Shown here piece by piece: positions 37,300-50,442 of a stretch of DNA of 64,000 bases. The notes beneath the pieces were generated by a model. It was not told the origin of the DNA. It saw only the letters and a program-made list of their open reading frames with translations, and made no database searches. How positions within the stretch are numbered: the first letter of the stretch is position 1; the number at the start of each line of letters is the position of its first letter. The DNA comes from Vitrella brassicaformis CCMP3155 (Eukaryota > Protista > Chromerida). Position numbers and translations under genes: made by a program. The stretch is from positions 173,591 to 237,590 of the forward strand of contig CDMY01000947.1 in assembly GCA_001179505.1 (NCBI GenBank). The letters are read 5' to 3'.

Positions 37300-38556
37300 T
37301 CAATGAGGTGCATTCTTGAGGAGCAGGTCCTCAATCAGTTTGAGGTCATCGAGCAGCTTGGACTGGTTCTTAGGTTTCTTCGCCAGTTTCTCGATCAGCT
37401 TCTGCAGGTCTTCCTTCTTCTTGGTGAGGTCCTCGGCGACCTTGCCCTCGATCTTAGTGGATATCTTGAGCTCGTCGACGAGCGGCTCAACCAACTCGGT
37501 CAGGTCGACATCCTTGATGTTGGTCTTCTCGGGCATCTCAGGGACATCCTCCGGATCGATTTTGTCGGGTAGGATGGCGTCGATGGTCGTCTTGAAGTTG
37601 TCGAGGGTGGGGGTGCCCGGCTCGCCCTGGCCCCTCGCCCCGATGGTGTTGAGCAGCGACACGACCGCTGTGAAGGACTCCTCCTTGAGCGTGTCGTCCA
37701 GACCGTTGAGGATGTCACGCCCAAGCTGAACAAACAGACGACAGGGAGGGAGGGAGAGCAGGCAGGCAGGCAGGATGTCATAATGTGTTGCTCTCTAGGT
37801 TGGTAGCCTGTCTGTGTGGGATGTGAGGTGGTGGGGTGTGATCGATATGGACACATACGGACCTGTTGTGGCGCTGAGAGAGGATTGAGAGTGATGGCGA
37901 CCACATTCCTGACAAACGTGCGAAGGACGTTCAGGGCCTCGCCGGTCACCTACACGACACGACCACGGACAGTCCATCACTGTACTCATCGGACTCTCAC
38001 AACCAACAGCAGGCCCCATCCACGACGCTCACCTGCCCGAATTCCTCGATTGGCTGTGCCAAGCCCTCGAGGGACTTGGTGATGGGATCAGAGGCCGCGC
38101 TCTTGTTGGGCGGCGGCACATTGCCCACTCTGGGCTCCTTGGACGGAACGAAAGGTGAGTTGGCGTCTTCCGTGGCATCCTGCGACACGCTGTCCTTGCC
38201 ATCATCGGTTGAGGTGTCGGTGCTGTCGTCATCACCGGTGTCGTCGTCCTGCATTCTGCGCCGCTGCTCGGCGGCCTTCCGGAACTCTGGAGTGCGGTAC
38301 TTGTACCGAGAGAGCCGGCCGTAGTTCATCACTCGCCATATGGCACCTGTTGAGGTGGACCGACACACAACACGTCAACAACACGTCAGTCAATCAGCGC
38401 CATTTGCTTGGTGTCTGCCCTACGTAGCTGGTCTTCTGGTAGTTTCAACAGCTGCCAGAAGTCGGGTTCTGTCCGCTGCTTCACTGGCGCAGCCGTCACG
38501 TGGTTGAGGAGCAGGATGGCGGTGAAGCACGCCGCCACAAGCGACGCAGACTTCAT
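37300..38556 (-). CDS. Small secreted protein with acidic linker and Lys/Leu-rich helical C-terminus
   Basis: Exon 1 MKSASLVAACFTAILLLNHVTAAPVKQ (signal peptide) splices in phase to RAIWRVMNYGRLSRY...RRRMQDDDTGDDDS. Later exons match ORFs 37500..37949 and 37300..37662. Confidence 0.75.
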
Positions 38557-38707
38557 CTTGGGGCCGCTGCCTGCCCTTCACAAGCTGATCGATGTGTGTG
38601 GCCGTCGCGCAGAATCCTCGCAGTTGACGAGACAAAACGTGTACACTGTACGGGTGAACCGCTCCCCGCCAAGGGTTTCCCGGCGAAAGAAACAGAGTGC
38701 TGAGGAC

Positions 38708-39215
38708 ATGTCTGCAGCAGCGGCAGCAGCAGCAGCTTCGTCTGGCACAAAGCGTAAGTGGCCTGCCGATGGCGCCGATGAGGACAGCGACGCGCGCGGC
38801 GGCATTCTCGCCAGCCTTCAGCATCATGGGCGCCTCGGCGATGCACTCCAGTCGATGCTGGAAGAGCTCGAGGAGCGCGAGAGGGCCATGGGCGGGGCCG
38901 CTGCAGCGCCAAACAAAGCAAGTGTGTGACATCCTCTCTCTGTTTGGGTGTCGTCGTGTGTTGATTGCAGGATGAGTTGATGAAGGAGGTGTTGGAGTTC
39001 AACCTGAGCGGCGAACTGTTCCGCGCCCGCCGGTCGGCCCTCTGTGCGGCCAAGGGCAGTGTGCTGGCGGTGATGTTCTCGGGCAAGTTTGACATCGCGT
39101 TTTTCCGTGATGAGAAGAATCGCATATTCTTGCCCGTCTACGGGCCCGCCTTCAAGTGGTGAGAGGGGCGGACGAACACTGGAGGGACTGGCGGATGGGG
39201 TGTGTGTCATGTCGG

Positions 39216-39246
<31 letters not shown>

Positions 39247-41045
39247 ATCTGATCAGGTTGGTTGGAGAGCTCATACTGTATTCGGGCGAGCAGGTCGACA
39301 ACGTGACCCTGACACCAGCCAGACAGACTGATGCGCCATACAAGTGAGGAAGGAAAGGCCAAGGCCTATTCGCTCGCTATGTGCGTGCGCATGTTCCCGC
39401 CATCGTCAGGTACTGGGCCGAGTTGCTGCTGTTCGACCCCTCCACGAAGCGGCGCAGCAACGACGGTGCGGTGGCGGCAGGAGGAAACGACCGGCAGCGC
39501 CCCGCACAAGACGGCCAGCAGGGAGGGGGGCAGCCAAAGGGCGATGCCGAGGACCTCTCTGTTGAGCTGACCAGTATGATCAGGCGGGCCAAGGCGGACA
39601 AGGTTGCGCAGGAGGCGAGGCTCGACGCCATCAAACCGCTGCTGAAGACGGGCAATATGGAGGACGATACGGTGAGACGAACGACAAAGACAGAACAGCA
39701 GAGGGAGCCAACCACAATGATGTGCTCTGTTTCATTTCTCTGTGTCCTCAGTTGGTGTCGATTGATGTTCTCGGTCAGCGGGTCACCGTGACGACTGGCG
39801 TAGCGAAATCGCTGGGCGACGACTCGACGTTCGCAAACCGATTCCTCAAGTACACACAATGACAACCCAATGGCCACGACACACACTGATGGTTGGCGTA
39901 TTGCCGTGGTTTGTTCGTTAAGGTATGATCCTCTGGCGGTCGATGTGCCGGCCGAGTATGTGCAGCGAGTGGTGGACATCGTCGTCCGTGCCCACATGGA
40001 GGAGGGGGCGGCCATCACAGCGGCTGACGTGCAGGGGGCGAGGGGTGACCTGGCCATCAAGGGATACCGACACGCACTCACCATGTAAGAGCGGCGAGAA
40101 CACACACACAGAGCTGCTCGCCACACAGTGCCCCGACGGCTGCTCTCTGTCTGTGTGTGTTGGTTTGTCTCAGGTACGGTTTGGATAGCGATCGCTATTT
40201 GGGCCCCGCTGACGGCCTCCTGACCACCGAGCACCTGCACAAGATCCGGCAGTGGTGTGAGGGCGAGGAGGTCGCCCCCGCACACATCCCGTCGTGTGTG
40301 GGCGAGCCGGTCATCCGCATATACAAGTGAGAAGGGCAGCCGACAGATGTGAGCATGACGGCATCCTCTCATCATGCCTCTGTGTCCTGATGTGTGTGTC
40401 ATGGCAGGGCGACTGTGGATGGTTGGAGGTGGTTGGATTTCTTCGGTGCCGTCAAGGGCCACTCCCCACTGCTGCTCATCTTCAAAGTGGCCGACAGCAA
40501 TGAGCTCTTCGCCATCATCATCGAGGGGCCCATCGAGGTCACCGGACCGGCGCAGAGCCGCAGCGACACGATATCATATGCCTTCAAGCTGCGTGGGACA
40601 GACAGCCATCCATACGTGGGCTACATCGGCTGGCGCAGCGACATCGAAATCGCGGGCACACAGGTGGGTACTCATCCGAACCAGCAACGCAGTCATGGTA
40701 ATGGTCCCGTCCCTCCATCCATGTGTGCAGGAGAAAGTCACCGAGTTCATCGATTTCTCTTCGCCCGACTCCGATGTGACGGCCGTCCTCGCCACGGCAT
40801 GGTTCTCCTTCGGTATCCGTCCGGCTGCTCAGATCGGCGCCCCAGCAGCAGCCAGCGATGAAACGATGAAGCGCTGCCAGGGCTACATCCTGGTGGAGAA
40901 TCAGGACGACGAGTGGTGGCAGTGGGAGCGGCTGAGTGTGAGGCCGAGCGACCACGGCGGTGTCAGTGACCGAGTGTTCCTGCCTGTGTCAGTGAAGGGA
41001 TGGCAGTTTGAGATCGATGAGCTGGAGGTAGTCAAGCTGGCGTGA
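38708..41045 (+). CDS. BTB/POZ x2 + TLDc-like domain protein, copy 2 (inverted paralog of 15223..17636)
   Basis: All nine exons splice in frame by hand to the TGA at 41043-41045. Intron positions match copy 1, and intron sequence is visibly conserved. Confidence 0.88.
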
Positions 41046-42299
41046 GGGAGGGAGGGTGGAGGGGGGCTGCAGACGCGTGTGTGCGTGTATTCGTGACGGA
41101 CATACGCGTGCCTTCCCATCTACTAGTTGTACAGATGACCATCGCTGCGCCTCTCGTCCGTGCCGATCTGCTGGTTGTTCACGACTGCACATACGCACCA
41201 TCCACCAACACCTACCCACTACAGACGTTTCCGCCTCTGTGTGTGCGGTCTGTACCGGGCAGATGAAGGTGAGAAACTGACCGTAGTATCGTCCTCAAGT
41301 GTTTGTTCTACGCATGCAGGCCGCAGTCAGACAAAAACAGCACCCGCACTCCACGGATGTATCCAACACACTCATTTCATGCCTCGGCTACAAGTCCCTC
41401 CCTCCTTGCCTTCCCTGTAGTCTACACGTTCACACCAGTGAGCTCTGCTCTGCTCGTCTCTGCTCTGTACCACCATCGTCGGCACCGCATCATTTCAACG
41501 CACTCGCGCATTTAGGCAGACAGGCAGCCACCAGGTGGTGACTCACTCACTTGCACACCAAAAATGCACGCACACGCCTGGCTGCGCTGGCTGGGTGGGT
41601 GGATCGATGGGCGATGGGGTGGGGGTTTGTAGACGCACACACATACACCGTATACAAATACATACACACACCATCTCACAGCAGGTACGACAGACAGCGG
41701 GATAGACACGTGAAGCAGATCCGTTTCAGTGTTGGTGGTGTATACTCTTCAAGGAAGATACATACGTGTGGGTAGACCGATCCTGTTCTGTGTCTCTTCC
41801 GTCCGTCCGTCCGTCCGTCGGTCAATCAGGCAGGCAGGCGAAACCTTAAAACGCGGGCGGACACCACACGCGCATCCACGGCAAACAAAAGGAAAGGGGG
41901 CCGGCCACACAATCAACCATCGTGATGCGGAAAAATGTCCATTACAACTCTGCCTGTGCTGCTGCTCTCGCCTCCTGGCTGACCTTGGTTACGACCCGCA
42001 CGTTGTCGGAAAGCGCCACGTGGCTGCTGAGCCATCTGACGCAGTCCAACAGACCAGCGGACGTACCAAGATGGACCCAGGCAGGCAGGCGTGGGCAGAT
42101 TCTCTCTCTGTCTGATTGTACAATTGCATCCGTGTACATCAATCCATCCAGCCAGCCAGCCAGCCATCCTGCCCTTTAAGAAACGCTATCAAAACGGAAC
42201 ACAGCGCACAGACGTATGCATACGTACGCACACAGTCTTCGATCGGGGCCCCCTGCTCACTCATTCGCGCACACGTCGTGGATATGGATGCTTAGCTGG

Positions 42300-45200
42300 C
42301 TAGCTGCCCCCCGCAGCGGCAGCAGCAGCAGCTGATGCGGCCGCCGGCTGTCGCCCGCCATTATCGTCCTGCTGTGCCGCCTGTGCCGCCTCTGCGTTGG
42401 GGTCTGGGTTGACCAGCGTCAACAGCACCTCAAATGTGTCCCTGACACACACACACACGTGGATATCAATGGAGGAGCATTCGTGTGTGTGGGGGGCTGT
42501 GGATGGGTCAGTATACCTGGCGCTGATGTTCTTGATGGAGTATGTGGTGCCGGGGGGGACGCGGATCCAGTCGTCTGATGGATGGATGGATGAGACGAGA
42601 CGAGACGCCGAGAGGTGGATGGACACACTGTGTGGGGCCATGTGTGTGAGAAGGTGGACTTACCGAGTCCGGCGTATTCCTCTCGGTTGCCCATGGTGAC
42701 GAGCAGCGTCTTGTCGTCGTCGGGACCGTCAACGACCTGCATCAACTGCACAACACAACACCATACAGCACAGGAAGGAATGGCCGACAAACCGATGGAT
42801 GGATGGACAGTTCGGTGGTTGGTTTGTGCCGGCTGACTGACCAGCCATTTGTCTTCGGACGATTCGAATCCCTTTTGGTCTCCAGGGCTGAAGGTCATGT
42901 AGCACATGAACACCTCAGGACGCTCAAACGACACTGCCAACTGCGTCATGGATGCACACAACACAGGCAGATACACACGCCAGTACACGTGTCTCATGTG
43001 CACTCTGGCCTCTCTCTCTCTGTGTGTGTGTACCTGGAACCGGTCTCCCGCCTCATCGTCATCCTGCTCGTTGAGCGCATCCGGCAGCCGCACGAAATGC
43101 ACATCGTCGCGGTGCACAACAGTCCCTGCACACAACCACATCCACAACCACAACCACACAGACACAAAGGGCATGACACCTGCTGTCTCTCTCTCTCTCT
43201 CTCTCTCTGTGGGTGTTTCCCCGCCTCACTGAGTTCGGGTGGTTGTCCCTCGAGGTCCCGCATGATGCCCCGCTCGGGCGGCGCGTCCTCGTCGTCCTCG
43301 TCCTCATCCCTATCTCTGTCCCTCTCACGCTCACGCTTTCGCTTCTTGCGACGCTTCTTCTCACCACCACCACCACCGGCCGCTGCAGCGGCGGCTGCTG
43401 CTGCTGCTGGGGCCGGCTGGTCCTCGTCAGACTCCTCACGCTTGATGGGACGATCCTGATGTGGCGACAGAGACATGTATGTCGAGATGGTGTGGGTTGT
43501 GAGTGGGTCTCGTACGCCTGCATACCGCTTTCTGGAGGCGTCCTTTCTTGGCTTTGCCCCCGTGTATCTCGGGGGTCTCGTCCGGACAGATGTACGCAGC
43601 CTCGAAACCCATCGCATCTGAACGACACACACACACGCAGGCACGCACAGGAAGAGAGACACAGACGTCAGGTAGGTCCGTGTATTCCTCCCTGTTTGCC
43701 TGTCTGTTTGTCCTCTCTGCTGACCTTCTCCGGGCCTTTTGCGGTATTCGATGTGTTCGTTCATCCAGCCCTTGAGTGGGCGGAAGCGCACTCGCTTGGG
43801 ATACCGCCGCTCGTGCACCTCATCGTCCCTGTCGCCGCTGTCACCAATCGCAGCAGCAGCAGCTGCAGCTGCCGCGGCAGCTGGTGGTGGGGGTGGGGGT
43901 GAGGGCACCGCGGCGATGGCGAGCATGGCCTTCTTCTTGCTGTTGCTCTCACCGTCCCTATCAGGAATCGACTTGCGGGCGCCACGCGAATCGAAATGGT
44001 TGCCGATGATCTCGGCCAGCTGATGGAGGAAGGACACACAGGCGCGTTGAAGGGCATATGTGTGTGGATGTCCGTGAGTCGGCTTACGGTGAGCTTTTTG
44101 TAGTCTGGGAACTGTCTGCCAGCGTTGCCCCCCATGTGTGGGTGCTTGTACACACGGCCGCGGGGCTTCTTGGGAGCGGGGGGCTGCTCGGGAGCTGCAA
44201 ACCACACACAGACCACACCAACAACCACATAGGACAATTGCGTGTGTGTGGTTGGCTGGTTGGTTGGTGATGTACGTGTGAGTGGGCTGACGCCTCTGTC
44301 CTGAGTCATCATGAGAGGGAAGGGGTTGTCGGTCGGCCGCCGCTCGCGCATGTCCTCATCGCCATCGCCGTCACCGTCACCGTCATCCTCACGGCGACGA
44401 GACGCTACAACGTTGTTCGATCCAACACCTTTATTGACGCAGCAGACAGAGAAAGCATAATATGTGTGTGTGTCTTGTGGGGCAGGTATGGTATGTGCTG
44501 TCTGCTCTGGGTAGTGTACTGCCTTACCTTGTGAGACGAGCTGTGCCCCGGCCTGCACCTCAGCAGCCTTGGGCTCCTCGTCTCCATCTCCATCTCCGTC
44601 TCCGTCTCCTGTGCCGCCCATGCCACCAGCAGCGGCCGCTGCTGCTGCGGCTGGTGGGCCGCCCAGATCTACACATACAGACAGACAGGGAGAGAAAGGA
44701 TTGTAAATGCCTGTCTGTCTGTCAGCGTGTGTGCTCACCTATGTCCATAGCGTCGCCAGGATCGTAGTCGTCATCATCCTGCTCCTGAGCCCCAGCGCCG
44801 TCCCCATCCCCTTGGCCGTCACCCTCACCCCCATCGCCGCCTCCACTGCCCCTACGACGACCACCACCGCTAGTACCAGCACCCCGAGACCCCTCACGGC
44901 CACCACGCGAGGATGGACCACCAGCAGGCGCCTCCCCGCCCTCGCCACCAGCACCACCAACAGCCATATGCTCATCTTCGTCATAGTCGTCCTCAGCCGT
45001 GGCGTCGTGTACCGCCGCATCGTGATCGATCTCGTCAAGACGGTCAGCCGCTGGGGGCAGGTGCCGGGGGGCGGGGGGAGGGGGTGACACGGACGGCACG
45101 ATGGCGGCAGCCGCAGCAGCTGCTGCTGCCGGCGGTGGTGATGCCTCGGGAGAGCGCTTCTTCTGCCTCTGGTCGGTCTGCTCCTGGTCTGCGTCTGCAG

Positions 45201-48200
45201 GCGGCTTGCGTGACGACTGGCGGCTAATGCGGCTGGACTGGCCTGATGGCGGGGGCCGCATGGCATCGCGGTCGCGATCGTCCCGCAGCATCCTCTCGCG
45301 ATGCCTCTGCCCACCACCACCGCCAGCCGCTGCGGCCGCTGCTGCTGCTGGTGCAGATGAAGCCGCCTGCTCCCGGAGTCGTCTCGCGAGTTGCCGGTCG
45401 ATGTGCTGGCTGAGCTCCCGTTGCCGTGCCTCCTCGTCTGCCTCCCTGTTGGCCTGTCTGACCTCCTCCTCGGTGACGTCCTCGCCGCCCATGAATTTGA
45501 GTTCGGGGTCGACCTTCATCTCGGGGCGGCGCCGCTCGATCGGCGGGCCGAGGTCCTCGTCGTCATACATGCCAGCACGCTTAGACAGCAACTTGATGCG
45601 CTCCATACGAGCCAACTGAGAGACCACGCAGCCATCCGACACGATGGATCGGTCGCCGGTCCTTGGTGCTTTCAGTTTGCCAGCGTTGTCACGTACCGTG
45701 TCTTGTGAGCAGGGGCGTGATTTGGGTCGGTCGTCGTCCTCTTCCTCCTGCTCACCGTCTCGGTCTCGGTGGCGATCGCGGCTGGTGTGGCGATCCCGCT
45801 GCTGGTCGCGGTCGCGGTCCTTCAGGCTCTGCACAAAGGTGGGGGCGATACGACCTGCACACAGACACAGACATTGACCAACACACAGACAGGGAGGAAC
45901 ATTGCAACCACGTCGTCTGCCTGATCTGTCGCCATTGGCTTACGTGGAGCAGCGCCCCTTTGCGTCTCTTCATGCTCGTCTCCCTGGTCCTCCTGGCTGG
46001 GCGGCCGGTGACCGCGGTCCCCGCCAGTGGGCCGCCGCTTGAGTTTGCCCCCGTCCAGACGACCGATGCCCAGGTCACTCGAGTCACGCGATTTGCCCCC
46101 AGGTGAGCTGGTGCGGTCAGCAGGGTGGGTAGTGGGGGGGCGGGGAGGGCTGTGGTCGTCCCTCGGCGCCTCACTGGGCGCAGCTGCAGCAGGGTGTGGC
46201 TGAGGGTCGCCACGGCGAAATAGCTGACGACACAAATAAATAAATGGGAGCGTGAAGAGAGTGAGTGAAGGTGTGTGGCGGTTGGTGTGCCTAGTGTGCT
46301 CTCGGTCTGTTGCGTACTGGTGATGGTTTGTGCATGGGCTCCCTCATGGAGGCGTTGTTCCGGGGCCGCATGTCGACGTCCCTCCCAGCACCCTCACCCC
46401 CACGGCCCTGCTGTCGCTCCTCCTGGATGTCCATCTGCTGCTGCACACCATCACTGTCACCCTCCCCACCCCGTTGCCGCATTCTGTCCCTGGCGCGCTG
46501 GTCCTGGGAGTCGCGCGTCAAGGGGTGCCGCATGCCGGCTCCCATATCAAGCCCGGTGGCGTGGCCCTCGCCGTTGACACGGATACCACGGCCACGGCCG
46601 TGCTCACGCTCACAGACATGCTCATCTAGCTGCGGGGGCTGCAACTGTGGCTGTCCGGATGGTGTTGGTCTCGGCGGAATGGCGGCAGCAGCAGCGGGGG
46701 CGGGTGGTTGTGGGTGTGGTGTGTCGGTGCCGATGCCCCTGTTGATGGGCGTCTGGTTGGCGCCCCGTCTGCTGGCCATGCCGGGTGTGTATGGGGGTGG
46801 GGGCGAGGTGGGCAGCGGGGAGGGGGCGAGGGACGACGACACACGAGAGGCTTCTGCCGCCTCGGGGGACTGAACGCCACCAAGACTGCATCATGGCATC
46901 CAGCACATGACAGACAAGGACATGAGTGACAGGCCTATCTTCTGCCGCATCTTGCTTGTCTCCCTTACCCAGCATGATTCAGCATCCCTCCTCGTCCGGA
47001 GTATCCCTCTCTTCCCGCCCCTCCATGGCCACGCTCGTGTGGCTGCGGACTCCCGACCACAGACAGACCGCCAGGCGAGTACTCGGGCGGTGGGCGAGAC
47101 GGCCGCCGTGACGGTGTGTCACCACCCTCCTCCCCCTCCCCATCCCGATTCCCATTGCCGTCATTGTCATCATCACCATTGCTCGAGTCCTGCTGCGCCC
47201 GAACCCCCCGCGGATTTAGGAACGACTCCCACTCCTCCTGACCCTCTGCGCGACCTCGTGCTGATGCCGGGTCATGTGACTGGGGCGCCGAGGGGTCTTC
47301 AGCAACACCAGGGGGCTGCCTGGACGAGGAGGGCAGCCCCTGCCCCCCCGCTGCCGACATGGCGTCCGCCTCGCCTGGAGTGAGGTCAACGCCCCGCCCG
47401 ACGCTCCTCTCCATTGCTGCGGCCGCCTCTGGGGATGAGAAGAGGGTGCCTCCGTCCTTGACTGAGCCTGACTGCTCTGGGGGCCCTCTGGCTGGTGTGC
47501 GATAGTGGGAGGGGGCTTCAGACCGTGGCGGAGGGGAGAAGGGCTGGCCGTACTCGTCCGCCAGGTGCGGCTCGTCACCCATGCCGTTGAGCTGCGGATA
47601 CGCAAACGCCGCCGGCGCTGTGCCGGCACGACGGTCGCGAGCTGACAAACAGGAAACGACAAACCGATGATATCAAATTGGTACAGTGTCTGTGTCCTCT
47701 GAGTGAGTGGTGCTGTGTCCGTTCTCACCTCCTGGATCGGGTGACTGGTTGCTGGCACTCGATTGGTCGATGTCGTGCCGCATCTGGTCCTCCCCCGGAG
47801 CTCTGCCGACACTGATGCGGCCACCGGGCATCTCACCGCCAGCCGCATGGGGACCAGGGAGGCCCAGCGAGTCGTCCAGGAACGCGCCGGCGGGGTGGGG
47901 GATGGCGGGGTCCTGAGGAAAGATGGCCACGACACACGGACACCATCAACAAGGGGAATGCCTGCTGCATACGTGACGGATGTGCATCTGTGTGTGGGTA
48001 CACACCTGGTCCTCAGTGTCGAGAGGTGCTGGTGGTTCCTCGTGAGGTCTGGGTGGGCTGTGGCCCTGCAGCATCTGCTCAAAATCACCGGGGGAAGGAG
48101 GCGCAGCCGCATGGTATGGAGGACGCCTGACAAAACAAGACCAGACAACATGCACACGGCATATGATACACATGGTGAGATGACACATTCATGTCGTCAG

Positions 48201-48521
48201 CACAGCTGTCTGTCAGCCATTGATCGCTGTTCAGGGTACGCACCTGTTGAGTGGGTCTAGGTTGGGTGGCGGGGTGAACGTCACAGGCGAAGGAGCATAC
48301 GCCATACGAGCCTGCGTCATTCACACACATCACATCCCTATACGCCCTCAGTCAATCGTATGAGACCCTCCCGCCCTTCTCGCCCAATGCTTACATCCGG
48401 GATGCCTTCACGACGACCAGACGAACGCTGCAGCAGCCACGCAAACACGGATTTGCATCCACGGCCATGAATCGCTGCCGCCTTGCGTCGCGCATCATTT
48501 GGGAGTATGTTCGCTCACCAT
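42300..48521 (-). CDS. CENPC: Centromere protein C (CENP-C/Mif2) ortholog
   Basis: CENP-C motif RRYPKRVRFRPLKGWMNEHIEY at 43741-43815. C-terminal cupin FMCYMTFSPGDQKGFESSEDKWL|LMQVVDG...YAGL|DDWIRVPPGTTYSIKNISAR|DTFEVLLTLV. Long disordered N-terminal region. Junction phases are consistent from ~47930 to the stop; the first exons (48521-48000) are less certain. Confidence 0.82.
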
Positions 48522-48919
48522 GTTGGATCTAGCAGCGTCTTGCAGGCGGCTGGAAGCAGCCGCGCACCATCGTAGGATCAAACTGGCCTCGCGACGGTCT
48601 GCTGGTCCGGCGGAACGATGCTGAACTTCCAATTCTTACCCAATCGTGCGATACAGCGCGACGGCTAAGGCTACGCTACACTCGTTGAGGGACAGCCAAA
48701 ACTAAGAGAGAGCCGTTTCACGAAATGTCCTAAGCGGGAAACGATGTTGCGTGAAACGATTGTTTGCCGTTTGCCATCGTGTTTGCTTGTATTTGTATTT
48801 CCCTGACTCATCCGCGAGAAGGAGGGTGGCTCAGAGGCCGTCCGACATTGCGGACCGGGCTGGCGAGGGGCTCACCTCATCGCCGCAGCCGTTGACCGCA
48901 CGAACGGAAAGAAGCTGAG

Positions 48920-50226
48920 ATGACGGGCCAACGTGAAGCCGCCGATGTCAACAACAGCGCCTCCAAGGGTGGAATTTTGGAATGGCTCTGGCCGCCGCAC
49001 TATGACCAGGCGATCACGTAAGTTCACCCGACTCTTGGATGATTACCTTCAAGTGTCTGTCTGTCTGTGTGTTTCCTCATGCAGCGGGTCGGTGTTCGAG
49101 TATTGGGGGTGTGCCCCGGTGAGTACGCTTGTCACTAGGATCCTGTTCGCCATCTGTAAGACAGACACAAGCAATGCAACAAACACAGCAGGCCTGCAGT
49201 GGTCAGGCAGCCGAACGATCCCCTTCTCTCTTTTTGCAGATTTCGTCGTGTGGTTTGCCCTTGGTTTTGAGGTCAGTCCACAAAGACGGAGAGGGCTCGT
49301 CATACGGGAGGGAGGTACCGGTCTATTGCTTGGTGATTGTGTGGCCTCAGAGAAATCTCACGGGCGAGTATTTTGCATTTTTGACGATTTGGGGCTTCAT
49401 TATTAGCGGTGACCATGAGACATCTGATGTTTGACGGAGACACAACATGGCTTGACACCAGTGGCCTTGCGTTATTGCTGCAGGCGGTTATGCGATTGCG
49501 TCTGTCGTCTTGAGCTCCTACCAATTGCAAGGCGACAAGGACGCTGGCGGGCGTCCCCTGCGCCGATGGACATGTGTCCTGTTTGAGATTGCCCTTCCCT
49601 TCGAGGCCGTGATCACCATACTGTTTTGGACCCTCCTCTGGCTCCCAAGGCACGTGTCATCACACAATACACTGTGACCTGCCTGCCTGTGTCGCTTCTT
49701 TTCTCCTTTGCAGATACCTGGATGGTGACGAGAACTTTGACTACGACTTCGCCGTGACTGTGCAGCTTCACGGAGGCGGGCTCCTGCTGCTGGTCATCGA
49801 GTTTGTGCTGAACCGCATCCCCTTCTTCAATCGCCATCTGCTGGTGTCTCTAATCGTTGGCTGCCTGTATATCCCTGTGAATGCCGGTCAGAGACACATG
49901 AGATCAGTGCACTGACAATTCTCAGCTGAGTCGGATGCGACTCCGAGTGTGTGTGGCATGTGCCATGCAGCCGTGACCTTGATTCGAGATGACCCCATCT
50001 ACGACATCATTGATTGGATGACCCCGCTGTCCGCCGTCTTTGCGCTGGGGTCTCTCGCTGGTGCGCACCGCCAGCAGTGCTCTCCCGTGGACCCATTGGC
50101 ATTGTGAGATTGCGTGTTCTCTGTCCTCCAGGCTTGGCGATATTCCACTATTTCTTCATGTGTCTCCGGCGTCATGCCATGTCGTCCGACAAGCCGGCAG
50201 AGGTACCAGCAGGACATGGGGTGTGA
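48920..50226 (+). CDS. FAR-17a/AIG1/ADTRP-like (rolling stone-like) multipass membrane protein
   Basis: Eight phase-consistent exons with YFAFLTIWG, FEAVITILFW, VQLHGG, IEFVLNRIP and PIYDIIDW, which are the family hallmarks. Confidence 0.8.
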
Positions 50227-50442
50227 GCCGCCTTGCCTGGTCGGTGCATCCTCATGAAGGCGCGTGACGGGCTGATGAGTCCATATGTAAGCTGCCGACT
50301 GTGTGTATGACGTCTGGAAGAGACATTAGTGTTCGCGCTATGGGACCAAGCTGTTAGGCTTGTGTTCCATCCTGAGATGGTTGAACGGTGGATGTCTGAG
50401 TGTGGGGGCGTGTGTGTGTGTGGGGGGGGGGGGGGGGGGGGA

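Noticed and set aside
41890-42140. GC-rich exon-like patch downstream of CENP-C
   Set aside because: No convincing acceptor/donor pair in frame with neighbouring genes; may be 3'UTR.
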